A stretch of DNA of 64,000 nucleotides from Hyphomicrobiales bacterium (GTDB lineage Bacteria > Pseudomonadota > Alphaproteobacteria > Rhizobiales > Methyloligellaceae), in NCBI GenBank assembly GCA_038209695.1, contig JBBQXL010000005.1, positions 2,181 through 66,180 on the forward strand, in the 5' to 3' direction. The notes under the pieces are model-generated. The model was not told the DNA's origin and ran no database searches. It worked only from the letters and a program-made list of their open reading frames with translations. The position numbers and the translations under genes were made by a program. This document shows positions 60,181-64,000 of this stretch, piece by piece (within the stretch, counting starts at the first letter, position 1; the number at the start of each line of letters is the position of its first letter).

Positions 60181-61272
60181 CTAGCCTTTGCCGGTCTGGC
60201 CGCGGTGGCGGAGATAATGATCGGCCAGCACGATGGCGACCATCGCCTCGCCGATCGGCACCGCCCTGATGCCGACGCAGGGGTCATGGCGGCCCTTGGT
60301 CGAGATCTCGGTGTCGTGGCCCTGAGCATCGACCGTGCGGCGCGGCGCCAGGATCGAGGAGGTCGGCTTGACCGCGAACCGCGCCACGATCGGTTGCCCG
60401 GTCGAGATGCCGCCGAGGATGCCGCCGGCATTGTTGGTCAGAAACTCTGGCGAGCCATCCTTGGTCATGCGCATCTCGTCGGCATTCTCCTCGCCCGAAA
60501 GCGCCGCCGAGGCGAAGCTGGCGCCGATCTCGACACCCTTTACCGCGTTGATGCTCATCAGGCCCGAGGCGATGTCCTGGTCGAGCTTGCCGTAGACCGG
60601 CGCGCCGAGACCCGGCGGCACGCCCTCGGCCACGATCTCGATCACCGCGCCGGCCGAGGAGCCCTTCTTCCGCACTTGATCGAGAAACTCGGCCCACACC
60701 CGTGCGGTCTTGGCGTCGGGGCAGAAGAACGGGTTGTTCCCGACCTCTTCCCAATCCCAATTGCCGCGGTCGATCTCATAGGGTCCGATCTGGGTTAGTG
60801 CCCCGCGCACGCTTAAGCCTGGCAGGACTTTCCGCGCGATGGCGCCGGCGGCCACCCGGTTGGCAGTCTCCCGCGCGCTGGCCCGGCCCGACCCGCGCCA
60901 ATCGCGCACGCCGTATTTGGTGAAATAGGTGTAGTCGGCGTGGCCGGGCCGGAACTTGTCCTTGATCTCGCCGTAGTCCTTGGAGCGCGCGTCCATATTT
61001 TGGATCTCGAGCGCGATCGGCGTGCCGGTGGTGAGCTGGGTGCCGTCCTCGCCGGTGAACACGCCCGACAGGATGCGCACCTGGTCCGGCTCCTGGCGCT
61101 GGGTAGTGTAGCGCGACTGGCCGGGCTTGCGCTTGTCGAGGAAAGCCTGGATCTCGGCCTCGGTGATCGGGATGCCGGGCGGGCAGCCGTCAACCACGCA
61201 GCCGATCGCCGGCCCGTGGCTTTCGCCCCAGGTGGTGATACGGAAGAGATGGCCGAAACTATTGTGTGACAT
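60181..61272 (-). CDS. aroC: Chorismate synthase
   Basis: TWGESHG, RPGHAD, SARET, GGISTG, GRHDPCV. Confidence 0.97.
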   Translation of the reverse strand: MSHNSFGHLFRITTWGESHGPAIGCVVDGCPPGIPITEAEIQAFLDKRKPGQSRYTTQRQEPDQVRILSGVFTGEDGTQLTTGTPIALEIQNMDARSKDYGEIKDKFRPGHADYTYFTKYGVRDWRGSGRASARETANRVAAGAIARKVLPGLSVRGALTQIGPYEIDRGNWDWEEVGNNPFFCPDAKTARVWAEFLDQVRKKGSSAGAVIEIVAEGVPPGLGAPVYGKLDQDIASGLMSINAVKGVEIGASFASAALSGEENADEMRMTKDGSPEFLTNNAGGILGGISTGQPIVARFAVKPTSSILAPRRTVDAQGHDTEISTKGRHDPCVGIRAVPIGEAMVAIVLADHYLRHRGQTGKG

Positions 61273-61442
61273 GGGTTCTTTTAAGAGCGTGGCAGGGCTG
61301 CGGCAAGCGGGGGGAGCCTACCCCGAACTTCGCAACAAACCCTTTCTCAGGGCTCGCCATCCGCCTTCGCGCACCCGATATCCTGCGCGGGGCGGCGTTG
61401 CCTTGCATGGTAGAATGGGCGCGCAGCCCACGGAGAGTTTCG

Positions 61443-63116
61443 ATGAGTGTCATTGATACCCGCAGCCATCAGATGTTTCCGGTCCTGGACGCCGTTCAGG
61501 TCGAGACCGCCAAGCGCTTTGCTAGCGGCCCGGCCCAGGATTTCGCGCCCGGAGAAGTGGTGTTCGACGCAGGCGTGGCCAACGCGCCGGCCTGGCTCGT
61601 GCTGAAGGGCTCGATTGACGTCGTCCGCCGCGATGGTCTCAAGCGCGAGACGTTCATCACCACCCACCATCCCGGCCAGTTCTCGGGCGAAGTCAGCCAG
61701 CTCGCCGGGCGCCAGTCCTTGGCGGCGGGCACCGCCGGAGCGGACGGCTGTACCGCGCTGCCGTTCGACGCGGCGCATGTGCGTGCGCTAATGATCGGCT
61801 CGGCCGACATCGGCGAGATCATGATGCGCGCCTTCATTCTTCGGCGCATGGGACTGCTCGAGGAGGGTGGCGTGGGGTCGATACTTGTCGGCGAACCCGG
61901 CACCCCCGACCTCACCCGACTCCAAGGCTTCCTAGCCCGCAACGGCTATCCCTGTACCGTGCTCGACGCGACCAACGACGCCGTCGGGCGGGCCGTCGTG
62001 GAACGCTTCGGCATTCTCGCCAACGAGCTGCCGATCATGCTCTGCCCGAACGGGACGATGTTGCGCCGTCCGACCAATGCCGAGGCGGGGGGTTGTCTCG
62101 GCATCACCCCGGAACTCGACCCGAAGAAGATCTACGATGTCGCCGTGGTTGGCGCCGGGCCCGCCGGGCTCGCCGCCGCCGTCTATGCCGCCTCCGAGGG
62201 TCTGTCGGTGCTGGTGCTCGACGAGCGGGCCTTCGGCGGACAGGCCGGCGCGTCGGCGCGGATCGAGAACTATTTGGGCTTTCCGACCGGCATAACCGGC
62301 ATGGCGCTCGCCGGGCGCGCTTTCAATCAGGCGCTGAAATTCGGCGCCGAGATCGCCATCCCGCTTGAAGTGGCGCGGCTCGACTGCGGCGAGTCCAATG
62401 GTGCCATGCGCTTGGAGCTCACCAATGGCGGCGCGGCGCGCGCGCGTACCATCGTGGTTGCCTCAGGCGCAAGCTACCGGCGGCCGCCGATCGCCAATCT
62501 CGCGATGTTCGAGGGCAGGGGCATTTCCTACTGGGCCTCGCCGGTCGAGGCCAAGCTCTGCGAAGGCGAAGAAGTGGCGCTAGTGGGCGGCGGCAACTCG
62601 GCGGGACAGGCCGTGGTGTATCTCGCGCCCAAGGTGAAGCGCCTGCATCTCGTGGTGCGCGGAGCAGGCCTGGAGTCCTCAATGTCACAATATCTCATCG
62701 AACGGATCGCCGCGCTGCCCAATGTCGAGCTTCACACCGGGACCGAGGTGGTCGGGCTCGAAGGCGACGAGTCGACCGGACTGACCGGCGCGGAGTTTCG
62801 CGAGCGCGCTACCGGAGACGTGCACACCTGCCACTTGTGTCACCTGTTCCTGTTCATCGGCGCCGATCCCAACGCGTCCTGGCTCGATGGCTGCGTGGCG
62901 GTTGACGGCAAAGGCTTCGTGGTGACCGGAACGAGGTGCCCACATTCGAATGCCCGGGCGCCGCTGCCGCTCGAGACCAGCAAGCCGGGGGTTTTCGCCA
63001 TCGGCGATGTTCGTGCCGGATCGACCAAGCGGGTGGCCGCTGCGGTCGGCGAGGGCGCGGCGGTGGTGGCGCAGATTCATTCCGTGCTCACGCCGGAGCC
63101 GGCCGAAGCCGTCTGA
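61443..63116 (+). CDS. cNMP-binding-domain thioredoxin-reductase-like flavoprotein
   Basis: N-terminal cNMP fold (GQFSGE), GAGPAG, IENYLGFP, GGGNSA, GDVR, AVGEG. Confidence 0.88.
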   Translation: MSVIDTRSHQMFPVLDAVQVETAKRFASGPAQDFAPGEVVFDAGVANAPAWLVLKGSIDVVRRDGLKRETFITTHHPGQFSGEVSQLAGRQSLAAGTAGADGCTALPFDAAHVRALMIGSADIGEIMMRAFILRRMGLLEEGGVGSILVGEPGTPDLTRLQGFLARNGYPCTVLDATNDAVGRAVVERFGILANELPIMLCPNGTMLRRPTNAEAGGCLGITPELDPKKIYDVAVVGAGPAGLAAAVYAASEGLSVLVLDERAFGGQAGASARIENYLGFPTGITGMALAGRAFNQALKFGAEIAIPLEVARLDCGESNGAMRLELTNGGAARARTIVVASGASYRRPPIANLAMFEGRGISYWASPVEAKLCEGEEVALVGGGNSAGQAVVYLAPKVKRLHLVVRGAGLESSMSQYLIERIAALPNVELHTGTEVVGLEGDESTGLTGAEFRERATGDVHTCHLCHLFLFIGADPNASWLDGCVAVDGKGFVVTGTRCPHSNARAPLPLETSKPGVFAIGDVRAGSTKRVAAAVGEGAAVVAQIHSVLTPEPAEAV

Positions 63117-63125
63117 AATAGCAAC

Positions 63126-63944
63126 CTATTCCTTCGCCACCGTGACGTCGGGGGCGTCCTCGGCCTTCATGCCGACCACGTGGTAGCCGGCGTCGATATG
63201 CAGGATCTCGCCGGTCACCCCGCGGCCGAGATCGGACAGCAGATACAGCGCGCCCGCGCCCACATCCTCGATGGCGACGGTGCGGCGGAGCGGCGAGTTG
63301 TTCTCATTCCACTTCAGGATATAGCGGAAGTCCGCAATGCCCGAGGCGGCCAGGGTCTTGATCGGCCCGGCCGAGATAGCGTTGACGCGAATCGCGCCCT
63401 TGCCGAGATCGACGGCGAGATAGCGCACGCTGGCTTCGAGCGCCGCCTTGGCCACGCCCATCACATTGTAGTGCGGCATCACCTTCTCGGCGCCGTAATA
63501 GGTGAGGGTGAGCAGCGATCCGCCGTTGGGCATCAGCGCCTCGGCGTGCTTGGCGAGCGCGGTGAAGGAATAGCAGGAGATCAACAGCGTCTGGGCGAAA
63601 TTGTCCTGGGTGGTGTCGACATAGCGCCCGTCGAGTTGCTCCTTGTCGGAGAAAGCGACGGCATGAACGAGGAAGTCGATGGTCCCCCAGGCGTCGCGCA
63701 GCGCCTTGAACACGGCCTCGACCGAGACCTGGTCGGTCACATCGCAGGGCAGCACCAGCTTGGAGCCCACCTGATGCGCGAGCGGCTCGACCCGCTTCTT
63801 GATGGCCTCGCCCTGATAGGTGAGCGCCACTTCGGCGCCCTGATCGGTCACGGCCTTGGTGATGCCCCAGGCGATCGAGCGGTTATTGGCGACGCCGAAC
63901 ACGACGCCGCGCTTGCCCGCCATCAATTTGCCGCCCTCAGCCAT
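63126..63944 (-). CDS. fabI: Enoyl-ACP reductase
   Basis: GVANNRSIAWG, YNVMGVAK, ISAGPIKTLA. Confidence 0.96.
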   Translation of the reverse strand: MAEGGKLMAGKRGVVFGVANNRSIAWGITKAVTDQGAEVALTYQGEAIKKRVEPLAHQVGSKLVLPCDVTDQVSVEAVFKALRDAWGTIDFLVHAVAFSDKEQLDGRYVDTTQDNFAQTLLISCYSFTALAKHAEALMPNGGSLLTLTYYGAEKVMPHYNVMGVAKAALEASVRYLAVDLGKGAIRVNAISAGPIKTLAASGIADFRYILKWNENNSPLRRTVAIEDVGAGALYLLSDLGRGVTGEILHIDAGYHVVGMKAEDAPDVTVAKE

Positions 63945-64000
63945 CGGCCTACCACCCTTCAAAAGGAAGGGCTTTATAGGGCCGCGGCAGTCAGGCCGGA

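Overview
GC-rich (roughly 65% by eye) chromosomal segment of an alphaproteobacterium. Gene content and order suggest Hyphomicrobiales, possibly Methyloceanibacter-like (inference). It is mostly core housekeeping: ccrM, rnhB, moaB, udg, ETF-QO, ispE/ispB, glyQS, ppdK, nadABC with nadQ, tag, ygfZ, pyrC, PPK2, sua5, xseB, dxs, tlyA, aroC and fabI. Small accessory insertions are scattered through it. I saw no rRNA, tRNA, CRISPR array, integrase or transposase. Main points of interest: (1) a four-gene minus-strand cassette inserted between dxs and tlyA, with two different SET-domain methyltransferases followed by two paralogous exported two-Cys proteins; (2) an unannotated three-hairpin sRNA candidate with C-rich anti-Shine-Dalgarno-like loops and a GTTC-N7-GTTC box upstream; (3) a low-GC in-frame insert in glyS; (4) a 46-aa six-Cys secreted peptide; (5) readable LexA, CtrA, NadQ and EcfG-type sites; (6) two genes broken by single-base lesions.
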